The notes under the pieces: generated by a model
The model's database searches: none
Seen by the model: only the letters and a program-made list of their open reading frames with translations
What the model was told of the DNA's origin: nothing
Made by a program: the position numbers and the translations under genes
In this document: positions 49,856-62,651 of the stretch, one piece after another
Numbering within the stretch: the first letter of the stretch is position 1
Layout of the letters: the number at the start of each line of letters is the position of its first letter
Assembly: GCA_002633005.1 (NCBI GenBank)
Contig: NMRA01000104.1
Location: 900,175 to 964,174, forward strand
Direction of reading: 5' to 3'
Source of the DNA: Phoronis australis
Lineage: Eukaryota; Animalia; Phoronida
Length of the DNA stretch: 64,000 nucleotides

Positions 49856-51480
49856 ACATTTTCGATAATCATTTTATTTTGGAAATTTTATGATAAGAAA
49901 TGTTTTTCTGTGTTGTTGCTAGTGTCGTTTCAAAATCGTCAAAATGTAGATATTGGTATTTATTATTTAGCGCGACCCCATGTGAAAAGCCTTTTTATCA
50001 AATTCTCATGACACCTGGTAATTATTGTTGCGGAATATTCTGCCGTACACGTCAGAACACTGTTCTCGTTTAAATTAAAGGCAGGTACTGAAGAACTATT
50101 TGAAGATGTTCATTTCTAAACATTGCCATCTACAAATACACTATGTCTGTGCAAACTGCACACAGTTCCTATATCGTGCATATGAAAGTAATCACTGGAA
50201 ACAGTTTTGAAAATAGATGCAGTTTAATTGTTTGCTTTAAAGAAGTTTCGAAGTTTACTTTGTGAGTGTTTTATCTTGAAAATGTACAAATATCTTTGCT
50301 CTCACATCCTGGTTAATTTCCACATGGCAGAGTGCCGTCAATTCTTAAAAGCACAAGAAATCCGGCCAATAGTATTTATTGCAGAAGTTGACAATAAGAT
50401 ACTCTTTTCGGCAAGGGAAGCCAATAGTTCGATGCAGGCATTATGTTCTTGCAGGACAAACACGCCAATATTTGTTCTAAAGCTAACGTTTTCTTGGTGC
50501 TGAAACAAAGGATGTTTGTGGTCACGTCCGCAGGCTGCTTGGTAATCCCCAGTTACTCGGTGCTGTAGCGTGTGACTGAATACCCCGCTGTTGGACTTCC
50601 TAATTATCTTCCGTCCCAGTCAATAGATGTTTGGTCTAATATCTGCTCCAGTGCTTAGCCACCTGTCCGCTCGGTCAAGCTACGTGACCAAACCAGTTTC
50701 AGTGGTTGATACTTGTCACGTTGGTGATGGGTTCCCGAGTTCAGGAACATGGAATCGAGAGGTGTTTCCTGATACTGCTGCATAATAACTTTTGAACGTG
50801 AAGTAGGTAAAATTCGTCATGGTGACAAAGGAAATTAGTTGTCAATCGAAATATTATTGAAAATCGAATCTCTGGCACTTTTGCCAAGATTTATGGTCCA
50901 AATAGAGTGATTCCACATCATTGTTTGCGAAACGTAACGGAGTGAAAATATCAATAAATAACGTTTCTAATCTTCAGATGAACAAATTTTAGCTTTTAAG
51001 TTTGTTGAAAGTGTTGATAACCGAAGAGTTTCAAAAATATTCGGGAAAAGTTAACGATGCGCCCCTTTTTATGAAGTGTGACTGATGGGACCAATAAAAT
51101 TGCAAATTTTGGACTTGGAACATACAGTGCAGTGTACACTTACTAAAGAACTGTAAATACATTCGATGAATAATCTAAGTGATGTCATGTGACGTTGATG
51201 CCAAAATTTACACACTTTGCGTTTCGGGGTAAACCTAGAAAGACTGAACCCATATGACGTAACAGAGGGGATATTTTTATCTCAACGACGAAAAATGTTT
51301 GATTTAATCGAAACACATTTCTGGTGTTTTCCATAAGTGTGCATGACATTACGTCACCAGAAGCGTCACAAACGTGCTATAAATATTACATTTTAAAACT
51401 AAAACAATGAAATGTGATTCTGTGTTACATATTCTGATTTTTACAGCTGGAGTCGTTTCATGAAAAGTGACTTTTAAGTC

Positions 51481-51514
51481 TTTTATCTCAAGTCTTTAAA
51501 GACTTGAGATAAAA
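51481..51514. repeat. Perfect 34-bp palindrome
   Basis: TTTTATCTCAAGTCTTT|AAAGACTTGAGATAAAA. Confidence 0.95.
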
Positions 51515-51949
51515 ATTTGGTCTTTTGCTCCCCAAAACTATTTCCGAAAATATAGTTTATAAATCTCTTTAGCAAAAGAACAAATTATCTGAAATAGGTC
51601 CATAGTTGTTATTTACTGATAAAAATTGTGCAAATTATTTCCAGTCAGGGATGTTCTATAAATTACTTGATTGAATCTTTACAACTGTAGTTGGAAATTG
51701 TAAAGAGGGAGCGTAAGGCCAAATTTCTTTCTTAAGTCATTTTTCATGAATCAAACCCCTGGAGGAATAATGATGTACATCGTTCAAATATATCATAATA
51801 AATGTTACATTTTTAAAATGAAAACGGTGAAACGTAATTCTCATAAAAACACAGTGTGCACAGACTGCACTGATTGATAGGACGAGAACGTGTCTTGTGA
51901 CAGTCCCAAGCATGCAGGCAGTTTGAGCACTAGGAACATGATGACATCA

Positions 51950-51986
51950 TGAACTCTCCTTGGACATCATGTCCAAGGAGAGTTCA
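51950..51986. repeat. Perfect hairpin, 18-bp arms and 1-nt spacer
   Basis: TGAACTCTCCTTGGACAT-C-ATGTCCAAGGAGAGTTCA. Confidence 0.95.
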
Positions 51987-52960
51987 AAGATTTTTTTACT
52001 GTTTTCATATTTTGATACCAGTTCAAAGTATGTGAGAATAGTGACCATTTTGTGGTTACATTTATACACCAAACAGGTTATAAGAACTTGATGAATACTG
52101 CGAACATCTAATTATAAATTAGCTTTATACCTACATCATAAACGGTTATAATTCTTATTTGAAGACTTGGCATTTTTGTGGGATCTTTGTGTACAATTCA
52201 AAATTCTTCCTTATGCAGAACTCGTTATGATGTTTGGTAAATTATTTCATCGATTCCCACAGTATCATGCAAACGATAAGTAGAGATTTGATACAAAACT
52301 AATTTCTCTGCTGCGATGAACTGGAGTTCCCCGTGGCCGGGGGGTACTTTCATAGGTTGCGCATATGCGACGTATCTCTCGAATTAACGTGCTTCTCATG
52401 ACGAGGTAATCCAACGGAAGGTGCCTTTTGCCAATTCATTTTCTTTTCGTAAAGGTTCGCTCTATTTTCGCTCGCCAGCTTAATTTGAAAAATTTTGTAT
52501 ATGCCCGCATATTTATATAGATAAGGTTATCTCTGTATGGCATCAAGTGCCAAGTGTCTGTTCCTCCGGGGTCCGCGATCGTTGTCAAATTAGACCAATA
52601 TACATGAATTCGTATGAACGCGACGGATGACGACAATCGACGGATCTGACAACCGACCGCTGTGCGCCTCAGTTACGATACTGCAGCCTCTTTATTTTCG
52701 GAGTTTTGTGGCGGATTTTCTTGCAATGGCAAATGACGTTCTAAGTTTGTCAATTGTTTTGTATAAAAAACAACCGTTGTATGACTGCAAAACATGACCT
52801 CTTTCCCAAATATTGTATTCTGTCGTTCCTTTGTCCATTTCGAATTTCTCTTTAATTTTTGCAATCTCTTCACAACGATTTGGATGAAAACCTGGCAGCT
52901 GACTAGACGAATGAGTGAACACCATACATGGAAAACGCCAGCTTCCTTCCATGATGTACA

Positions 52961-54041
52961 TACACAAAACGTACCGAGAGTGGCGTACATGAAGTAATAT
53001 CCCACGAGACATTATTACGGGTATCGACCGAGACCGAATGTATTTATCCCATATGCATCAAATTCCTAAGTTTCTTTCATTATTTCCGCAGATTTTTTAA
53101 ATTCTTCACTCAGAATGTTCACGAGGCGGATCACAAATTATATGTATGTACTTGCGCGTTAGGCTGCAAGTTTTCTCTAGCAAAAGAAACAGTTTTAAAT
53201 GTGACGATTTATTACTTGAAAAAAGATAACAAAGATGAAAACAAGGGTAACTTTTCATTGAACTTGTATTTTCTCCTGGAAATAGTTAAATAACAACAAT
53301 ATTTGATGTTGTAGTTACCGAGGAATCGGCGACTGAGTTGCAGACGATAAAATATTTTTAACAAATGAAAACTGAGACAGAACTGTCATATAGTTAACAG
53401 TCCTGTTCCAGATGTTACGATTGAGACCTGGGCCCGGTCTCCAATCTTTTTACTCGAAATGGAACTCGAAATTAGGTTTGGCATTTTCTACTCTATTTTT
53501 GGGCGAACTCAAGATAAGTGTCTGTTATTCTATGCTCGAATACACAATAACTTACGTAGATAATTTATTGCCTTTAGTTCACAGTTTGTAAACCCAATAT
53601 TAAAGCAACAAGTTCGAGTTTTTACTCGAGTTTGTTACTGTAGCACGAATATAAGGGTCTTCAAGGGCTAACTTGAACTAGAAACTCCTATGCATAAACT
53701 ATAATGTATTCGAGCACAGTCTGATAACCAATTATCTTACGTTCGCACAAAAGGAGCAGAGAAATTGCCAAAAATAGTTTCGAGTTCGTTTCGAGTACAA
53801 AGATTAGAGACCGGGCCCTGGTTGCATGTTGAGTGTTATTTACACTGCTATAATTGTATTACGTTAAACTATTTTCCGAAAGTTTTGTGATCGAACTGGC
53901 TAACGACGTCGAGTCGATATTGACCTACCTCTTGAACTTTCCATGTATGAGGTCACTTTTGAAGAAGTGCTTAAGGTGAATACGGAAAACCATATTACAT
54001 GGCCGTATTTCCCTCGACAGATTCAGCGCGTATAGATAAAA
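52961..54041. mobile_element. Copy 2 of the hairpin-ended interspersed element (hairpin partly deleted), interrupted by a Harbinger MITE
   Basis: Colinear with 23640-24374 on both sides of 53431-53817. Confidence 0.75.
53431..53817. mobile_element. PIF/Harbinger-type MITE (387 bp)
   Basis: TIR GGCCCGGTCTC(C/T)AATCTTT(T/G)TACTCGAAA...GAACTCGAAA and a 3-bp TSD CTG. The empty site GAGAC-CTG-ATTGC is visible in the paralogous repeat at ~24150. Confidence 0.9.
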
Positions 54042-55426
54042 TGTAATAACTTAATGAAACAATTATTGATTTTCACACTTTGTCTGTAGGTTGGTTTTAT
54101 ACCCCAAAGTGTGATAATGTCCGAGGCGGAGCTGCAAAAACAATGACAAGTAACCTATTTCTTCATCTGATACTGTGCTCCATTTCTTCTGTTTCACTGA
54201 TTCGTAAATTGTCTCTTTGTCGAACTGCTCTTGAGTGGACTGAACGAAATGTCGTCGATTTACTCGTTATGTTGTCTGCAAGTTCTTTGTGAGCAGACTC
54301 GCGCAACAATAGCATAGCTGCACAGGATAATTCACTCAGCAAGTGCCCCATAGCCAATACGTTAGCCACTGCGTGACACACAGCACACCAGCTTGTACAG
54401 CTCGACACACACTATGAAGTATTGGCCGCCACTATGTCACTGGAGATTAGAGCGCAGAAAGACATCTTTTTGTTCTATGAACAGGAACTGTTGCAAAACT
54501 GAAGAAACAAAAGATAATGATTATCAAACAATTTGATTTTATCAACTTCAAGGTTTTCCAGTTTGGGTTTAAAAACTTTAACTATTGTTTTACGCAGTAT
54601 CGCCTTGACCCTTATGTCTGTAATTCTTCACAAGACTTTATCATGTAACTTACATCATCGTGATAAAATTTCCTGTCGTTTAGTATCTTATGTGTCTCTA
54701 GCACTTTCTGTCTGTATTTTGACATGAAATATTCATCTTGGCACAAAAACGGGCGTTTTGGCTACACTTCACAGGATTCTCGCCAAGATGCCTGATTGTA
54801 CCCAGAGGGCGCTAGTTGTGCTCCGTGCATGCGCCTGGCGGGGAAGTGAACTGCACTGAATAACACGTTAACGATTTAATTCACTACTTGGCACGCATTC
54901 GCCATTACGCTTGAAAACGTGGTGTTGTGTCCAACCTACAATGGTTCTGCATATTTGGAACGCACGTGCTTTCACTTTTGCGTTGTTAAAATCGATATTA
55001 AAACGAGGCATTATGCCCTAAACAATAGTGCACAACAATCATTTTTGCAACGCCACCAAGTAGTGAACTGATCATGATAAGGGACTATGACACCGTTTGC
55101 ACACAATTGCACATTGTTATGGAATTCGACGTCCTGTACTTCATTTTTGCAACTTCTGAAATTTAAGAGTGTTAGACTCATTCCATGACCAGTATTTCCG
55201 AATATATTTTGTAATTATCTCCTCTGAGAATAAACGGGCTGATGAACATGCAGTCTCAAATTGTACGCCACAACACGTCGTCGAATGAAAATGAGAGCAG
55301 TAGGTGATATAAACATGGGGACACAGTCTTAGAAAACCTCATTCTGTACTTTGCCATTGTAATTCTGAGGTTTAACTCTGACGGTTTTGATTTCGTTTTA
55401 ACCATCCATTGGTGGATTCTTTTAAG

Positions 55427-55466
55427 AGGCAAATAAGAGGCAATTAAAATTGCCTCTTATTTGCCT
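55427..55466. repeat. Perfect hairpin, 19-bp arms and 2-nt spacer
   Basis: AGGCAAATAAGAGGCAATT-AA-AATTGCCTCTTATTTGCCT. Confidence 0.95.
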
Positions 55467-56321
55467 AAAACTGGTGTTCGGTAGTCGCATCAGTGTTGGT
55501 TTGTGAGCAACAAGACCAAAAATTTGATTTTTGTATTGGGTTCAAGATTTTTAGAGCTACTTTCAAATTGGAACTTGCAAGCTAATTCCTTATTTATGTG
55601 ATTGCTTACCAAATTAGTTAGAAACACAGCGTATAGCGACGATGTGAATATGAAGTAGGTTGTCTTGAAAATTGTCAAATGTTTTTAAGAACGAGTTTTG
55701 TGTTGTGAATGATCCGTCGCAAATCACTCAATCTTGTCCAGTAAGTATCGTGACGTGATGCTGGGGGATAACACTGCATGATGCGGGGTATATAATCTCG
55801 TGAGGTACGTCATTAGTGCAAAGATCACCTATTTGCATATTTTTTTGATTTCACATTTACAAGATGTCAACGAGTACAACTGCACTTTGCTTGAGGTAGA
55901 TTATGTTAAAACAGTATTGTCATTGAGTTCCTGGTGTGCATTAGCATAATTAGGAGCACACAAATACATCTTTAAATCATGGATGATAAATCAATGTAGT
56001 GTCCCTCTGCAGTTGGGTGTGTCCGCCACCTCGTTTAGCCTAAACCGATAAACAGAAAGCTGTTAATTCTCTGCTTACCAAATTATCTTTACAATTGGGA
56101 ACGGCTGCCAAATGCTAAAACCTTATTTCTATTTGCTTGGAAGTATCGAAATTTGGAAAAATATCTAATATTGTAAAATGATGCCCGAACGTTTCCAGAC
56201 AAGGTGGTCATTTATAAGTCAGGAACAATTGCGTTGCTGTACCTGTGCTTGTATTATACTTCTCAAACACAATGTATCCTTTGGGTGGCTTTTAATTGAA
56301 ATTCCTTGTTTATGTTGCAGC

Positions 56322-57518
56322 ATGTCTAGCTTTTTGGACGTCATCGCTAAAGTGACGAAGTTCTCACTTCATTACGACGATGATTTCTTCGATCGGCTCA
56401 GTCATCGTTACACGTTGGCCGTGTTGATTATTGCAACGATCATCACTGGCTCCAAACAGTATGTCAGTGATCCTATTGACTGCTGGGTGCCAGCGCACTT
56501 CTCAGGCAGTCATTCGAAATATACAGAAAATATTTGCTGGATCATGAACACATACTACGTGCCCTACAAAGAAAATATTCCTTTTCACGTGCCAACTCGC
56601 GAAGAGCGAGAGCTAAGTTACTACCAGTGGGTTCCCTTCATCTTATTGTCTATGGCGTTTCTGTTCTATTGTCCACATATCATATGGCGTCTCTTCAATT
56701 CACGCGTTGGCCTGGATGTGTCTGGGATCGTCAGCACCATTGACAAGATTGAGCACTTGAACCCCGATAGTAGGGAGAAGACTACCAATTTCCTTGTTCG
56801 CCACATGGATCGCTACTTCGATGCCCAGCGCGACTTTAGGACCGGATGTTGCGCCAAAATGCAGAACTTTCTTGCCGAGAAGTTGTGTTTACTCGTTGGA
56901 AAAAAGTACGGAAACCAGATGATCTTCACGTACATCTTCGTAAAGTGTTTGTTCATCGCCAACGCAATTGCACAGCTTTTCCTGATGAACGCTTTCCTAC
57001 GCACGGATTACCACTTTTATGGGATTGAAGTCATCGAGAAGCTCATCAATGGTTCCGACTTCACCGAGTCTCGTCGCTTCCCCCGTATCACAATGTGTGA
57101 CTTCGAGATCCGCCGTATGGGAGGCATGGCCAACATGCACCGCTACACCGTGCAGTGCGCTCTTCCTGTCAACTTGTTCAGCGAGAAGATCTTCATTTTC
57201 CTCTGGTTTTGGATGGTCATGGTGGCGGCCTTCAGCTGTTGGGGGATCCTACCGTGGATCTTTACACTCTTCCGCCGCGCGCGCCTGCAGTACGTGAAGA
57301 AATATCTGAAGATGGGAAATCAAATTAATTCGTCTTCTGACGGTAACCTGGCCAAAGCTTTTGCAGACAAGTACCTGCGACAAGATGGCGTGTTCGTACT
57401 CAGGCTGGTCAGTAAGAATTCTAATGATATCGTTATTGCAGACATAATACTGTCCTTATGGGAACACTTCAAGAAATTCCGCCGGAACTACCACCCAACG
57501 GGCCCAGATGCCATCTGA
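56322..57518 (+). CDS. inx: Innexin (unc-9-like), paralog 3, 398 aa
   Basis: About 93% identical to paralog 1 (about 28 aa differences counted by eye). The true ATG is at 56322 after the acceptor TTGCAG|C. The 48-aa upstream ORF extension is not conserved and is intronic. Confidence 0.97.
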   Translation: MSSFLDVIAKVTKFSLHYDDDFFDRLSHRYTLAVLIIATIITGSKQYVSDPIDCWVPAHFSGSHSKYTENICWIMNTYYVPYKENIPFHVPTREERELSYYQWVPFILLSMAFLFYCPHIIWRLFNSRVGLDVSGIVSTIDKIEHLNPDSREKTTNFLVRHMDRYFDAQRDFRTGCCAKMQNFLAEKLCLLVGKKYGNQMIFTYIFVKCLFIANAIAQLFLMNAFLRTDYHFYGIEVIEKLINGSDFTESRRFPRITMCDFEIRRMGGMANMHRYTVQCALPVNLFSEKIFIFLWFWMVMVAAFSCWGILPWIFTLFRRARLQYVKKYLKMGNQINSSSDGNLAKAFADKYLRQDGVFVLRLVSKNSNDIVIADIILSLWEHFKKFRRNYHPTGPDAI

Positions 57519-59779
57519 TTCCAAAAACTCCAACCATAGATTACTGAACTGGACACGATGTCGGTCTTACGTGTATACTTATTGAAACATTTCATAGTTG
57601 AGTGTAATTTGTAAACATTTTCATGGTCTCTGGCACACTAAGGTATTTCTCTGTAGGATAACAAAAATTTAGAGGTGTGGGAAAAACACTTATTTGGACC
57701 CGATTAAGTGTAATACAATCTGCGCAACTTAAAGATCCTGACACGCTAACGCAGTTCTCAGTACCATCTCAAAACGAGGTCAAACCAAAGTGGGAAACGA
57801 CCAAGCAACGGGGAAATCTGATGGAACTCTGGACGGTGGAGGCTGTTTTTTTTTTGCCAAAGTTTCCCTTTCCGCCAGTGCTGTATCATTACAAAGACAG
57901 GCCCGGAAATTCTGAGAACGAGAAGTCCGCAGGCGGTGTCACCTTCTGAGCGTCTCTTTGAACAAAGTGAACAGTTTCCGACTACCTCCAGCCCTTCTTT
58001 CAACGTTTGATAGGACCTTGTGATGCATTTAAATGAGTGTCAGTGTTTCAATTAACCACTGTAGTTTAGTTTTGGATATTTAGTCTCTTCTGAACTGGGA
58101 TATTTAATTTGCTTTTATTTCAAGCACTCATTTGGTACACCTTGGCTTTAGTTATGTATTACTTTGTACAATTGATTGCATAATTTTTTAGACAGTCAAG
58201 GGATCCATGTGTTATATTAACTTTCCCCGTAGCAGATGGTTTGGCACACCAGCAAAACTAAAAGTTCGAGTGTACTTATTGGAATCGTTTGTGAGTGAAC
58301 GGCCAAGTTGTTATTAAGTCTAGTTATACACCGTGAAGATGTAGTTCTAATTTTTTTGTAGTGTACTGTTTTATAGTATAGAATTGTGCATGTTGTGTTT
58401 TGTTGTGAGACAAGTTACATCTCGAGGGTACGCGTTACTCTCGAGAGTTACCTGTCTACAACAGGCACATAACGCTCCTTCCCAGTAGTACCAGCAGTAG
58501 CACCGTCAAAGTATGGGGAATACGGCTTCTCATTGGTACTAATAACCAAGAAACATTCTGGCATAAGAATTGGTTGAAAGGAAACATTCGGACATCCTTA
58601 TGTTGGTTGGCAATTGCTTTGTGGCTTGCAGCTGTTGCAACAATAACAGATAGAATCGATGCATTCTACAAACGTTCTGTTTCTGTTATTCACGATAACA
58701 AGACTGCCGATAAAACCAAAAAGTCCCTCTACATTTTCTGGCTTATACCTGTACCATTTATTTGCCACATTTGCCAAACTATGTCACGCATGTCAATCGT
58801 TCCAAAGATGGCGCTGTGAAAGAGTCGTTCAGGTTCTTGCGTTATCGACAACTTGTCCAATGTTGTTGATAGAATTAGTTGTGAAGATTTAGAAGATTCT
58901 ACATTTTAGGGCGGCATTAGCCAGTTAGATTATTGTACTAGTCTAGGACAAACATAATTTCTTAACTTTTAAGGTACGTTGCCTAATTGTGAACCGCGTT
59001 ACCAGGGCGTTCTGGTTCAATGAATCCTATTTTAATATGGATCGTGTTCATTGTTAGGTCTTGATTACAGTATTGTTTTTAGTATAACACTCACCGTGCA
59101 TAATCTCATGAATGTGTTTTCACAGAGCCGAGCAAGTGTAGTGTGACGGCTAAAACCTGCATCAGTGAGAGACGGCATCCGAGATCCGCCAATACTAGTA
59201 GCGAGATTGTTTAGCAATTTTTTAATCAGTCACTTCACCCGTGACCCACATTCCTTTGATCGACGCGTCCGTCTTTAATCGAATACGTTCTGAGCTTACG
59301 AGAGTAACACACTGGTCAGTCGGCCAAAACTTGATACAGTAAGTATAATAAGTTCTGATGGCAATGTTATGCCCCAATTGCAGGCAGCACTTTTACATAC
59401 GCAAATCTACAGCCAGATATAAATTAAATTAAATTATACACAGCAATGGTTACCGGCAGTCCATGTGTACCAAGGTCTCTCAACAAGGTCCGAAGTACCT
59501 GACATCTATGGTACCGCTACACTTGTATTTTGGCAATTACACAGGGAGTACAAAAGCAATTGAAAGCTAACTGGATATTGTGGAATATTGCTACTAGCGT
59601 AAAATACACTCAACTGGATGGAAAAGGAAAATCCTGCTGTCTGTCGTGCAGACTGTAGTACAAGTGAGTGCAATACACGAGTTGCCAAATGCTGAATACA
59701 AGACGTTGCAAACTAGGTTTGGGCAGAGAGGAGTTAGATGCCCCGCAAATCTTCTATGCTGCTCACCGGTTTGATTTCT

Positions 59780-60610
59780 TGGGCCCAGTTCTTGTGGTAA
59801 ATTCTTCCATTATATGTCCAGCAACTCTGAATCTTGGCGCATAGATCCCTACAAGCCTTGTACACCTGTGCTCGTTTTTTATCAGATTCCCGTTTACGTA
59901 GATCTTTCTGGCTTCTGTTCTCAATTTCTTTTGCTTCTTATGAATTCGGATCTCGCCAATAATTCGTTAATTTAACTATAATTGACCTCGTCTTTGTATT
60001 ACCTCGGATCTTCTTACCTAGGCGATGACTGCCACCTACATGTATGTCCGACTTCTCAACGGTAGAACCAATTTGTTGCTAGATCAATTACAAAGTCGTC
60101 AGTGCATTCCTTGTCAGTTTCAGTTACTTCGCAGATGACAACGCAGTTTCAGCTCAGTGCTGTACTGTTGAAACTCATCCAAATCGAATTCCAACCTGAG
60201 TATTTGAGAGTCACTTTTTAGCTAGCTTCACTGAGCTTGTCAAGTTGATTTTCAAGTGATGTTATCTTTTTGCCCTTTTCCGCCATGTTTTTATCGTATT
60301 GTCGCTCGAGTAATTTATACATTTCAGACAAAACAGTTTCAGTTAAGGGCTTTATCATATTTATGAACAGCAACTAGATATCTGAGTCCATAAGTGCCTC
60401 TTTCAAGTCATCTTTCTGTGGCCGAGTCTTCTTGGTGGCATTTTGTCCCTTCCCTGTCTATATTGCCTCCATTGTCATTTGCTTCAACGTTTTTTGACGT
60501 CAGAGCTCGGAGTTCACTAGAATTTTCGCTTGATGTCCTGCCACTCTTCGGGGCCTGGTCGTTAGTCCTAATCGCGTGGGATGGATTACTGTCAAGTTGT
60601 GTTTCCAAAC
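59780..60610 (-). pseudogene. Decayed LINE ORF1 (CR1/L2-type coiled-coil + RRM + C-terminal domain)
   Basis: The minus strand, with stops and frameshifts, reads ...LDEFQQYS..NCVVICEVTETDKECTDDFVIDLA...SHRLGKKIRGNTKTRSIIVKL...KIYVNGNL..KRAQVYKACRDLCAKIQSCWTYNGRIY. This follows the EQYSR...SHRLG...IIVKF...INEDLT...WT.DG pattern. Confidence 0.7.
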
Positions 60611-61567
60611 TATATAATTTTCGTTATTGTTAGATTGGAGTGTCCGCCCAAGTTAGAAAAGAAACCTGCCCGCCATGATGATCACGTGGCTCACCTTACT
60701 TATTGTTCATTTTTGACTTTAAAACAGGCGTGTTTTTACGACAGCAATTATCCCATCCAATACACATTTGGCCAAGCCCATGAATAGCGACTAACCCCAC
60801 TTAAGTCTGTGACGGTGTCATCGAGCCTTTGATGTCCCGAGAACTTCGCTGGAGACTGTGAGGTGAAAGATGCGCGCATTCTCGTCCATTGTGCATGCAA
60901 ACAGTGTTAGCGTACGAGTTGCCTAATGTAATATTTGCGCTCAGTACTCAATATTTTGCGACGAAGTTAACGCAATTAAGCAACTTTTGCAAGTAAAGAC
61001 AAGATTCTCCTGAAGCCATTGTCTTAAAACAAGGCTCTGCGAAATATTGTTCAAGGTTTTTGTTCCACCAACATGGTTGCAGTATTCTATTATTTTTGGT
61101 GTGCTGCCACTGATACTGATCTCGTCATGATGATGAGTGATGTTAGCACGGCCGGTTTGCGCTCACGATGTGCTGGAATTTTGGCAAAGTGAACCAAAAA
61201 GCTCATGAAATACGCCTATCATATTTCTTAGGGATGGTGCATACCCAGTACTAGCGAAACCGTGTCGTACAGAATCCGTAGAAGTTTCTCCCGGCGACGG
61301 TGGCCTCCGAGTGGAACCGAACGCAAGGTAATATTTGCGTTTGTATGACAAAAATACACAACCTACGCAAATATGCACTTGCTTGTATACACCATCCTGT
61401 AAACTAACGAGGTTTTAGAAGCAAACAACACGTATCACAATCACCCAGAATTATCACTGATCACTATTTGGGAAGTTACCGAGCTAAATTGCGAATTAAC
61501 GAAATCATTAACGTTTTAAGTTGGGATTATTCTCTTTAAGCTTGCCTTATGATGACTAGGTAACTAA

Positions 61568-62225
61568 GGAGGCACTGAACAGTTCTCACAGGAATTTGCC
61601 TATCAGAACAAACGTCCATGGACATTTCCCCCTTTCTTCACTCTGTCAAAAACTGCATGCAAATAAAGAAAAGTTATGAGTCATTTCACATCACAAGCCC
61701 TACATATGAGCACAGAAACTTTGTTCTCTTTTGTATTTTGACCATTTCACTCCCAGTTGAAACCAAGCTTGACTAAGAAAAATAAGGACAAAAAATGCAA
61801 AAATCGGCACTTTTCACCCCAAAACCACCACTTCCCCGCCGATGCTCGACTAAAGCCAACATTAGATTCCGAAAGCAAATTTCCTACCGATTCCAAAAAT
61901 GTGGTCCAAAAGTACTGTCAAGCAACTAGTTTTTTTGCAAATCTGGCTTGTTTGAGGGCTACCTGAAATCGCGGCCAATTTCTCAGTTGCTACACAGCAA
62001 TGCACAACTGCAACAGGGGGCCACCATCTTGAAGAAGAGTGCAGCTACAGCCAAGAAAGTGGCCTTTTTTAATTCTCAACATGGTCACAAATACAAACAA
62101 ACCAAATTCATTTGGCCTACCTACAATACCTAACTAAAATGCCTCCAAGCCTGGCCTACCCCTAGATTTTAATATTTTGGGTGTGCAAATTGGCCGCGGC
62201 CGCAGTCTAACTGTTCAGTGCCACC
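61568..62225. mobile_element. PIF/Harbinger-like non-autonomous element (658 bp)
   Basis: TIR GG(A/T)GGCACTGAACAGTT and a TAA TSD at 61565-61567 and 62226-62228. Confidence 0.75.
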
Positions 62226-62651
62226 TAAGTAGGTCATTTCAAGTCATTAAGTAAGCACCTCTCGCATTGGTTATGTCTAGCTAAAATGGTTTACACTAAC
62301 CAATGAAAAGGAGGATAACATATAAAGGACAACATCAGGGAAGCCACTTGTGATTGATGTGATTACTTATTCAAGTTGGTCGTTATTTGAACTGGTTATC
62401 CAAAGTACATACGAATTCTGTTAAATAACTAGACCCTTTGTTATAAGTCAATTCTAGAGCGGTGTCTATTTTTTAAAAAATTATATCTAGTATGAAAAAG
62501 ACCTAGACAAAGGCAGTCTCTGACACAGTGTAATATTCGATTCAAATAATTCAGTAGCATTTGTCAGTGAACTTGTGCTGTCTGATTTCACAGCAATCAC
62601 AAGTTGTCATTTAGTCTCAAATGTTAGCGTAGGAGTTGTCTTGTGTACCAA

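Noticed and set aside
56178-56321. 48-aa N-terminal extension of innexin 3 in the ORF track (and the 10-aa extension of innexin 1 at 19639-19668)
   Set aside because: Not conserved between paralogs and ends in a polypyrimidine-CAG acceptor, so it is intron sequence. All three proteins align from MSSFLDVI.
19669-57518. Retrogene origin of the intronless innexin CDSs
   Set aside because: Conserved splice acceptors and a duplicated upstream promoter/exon indicate DNA-level tandem duplication. No poly(A) tails or TSDs flank the CDSs.
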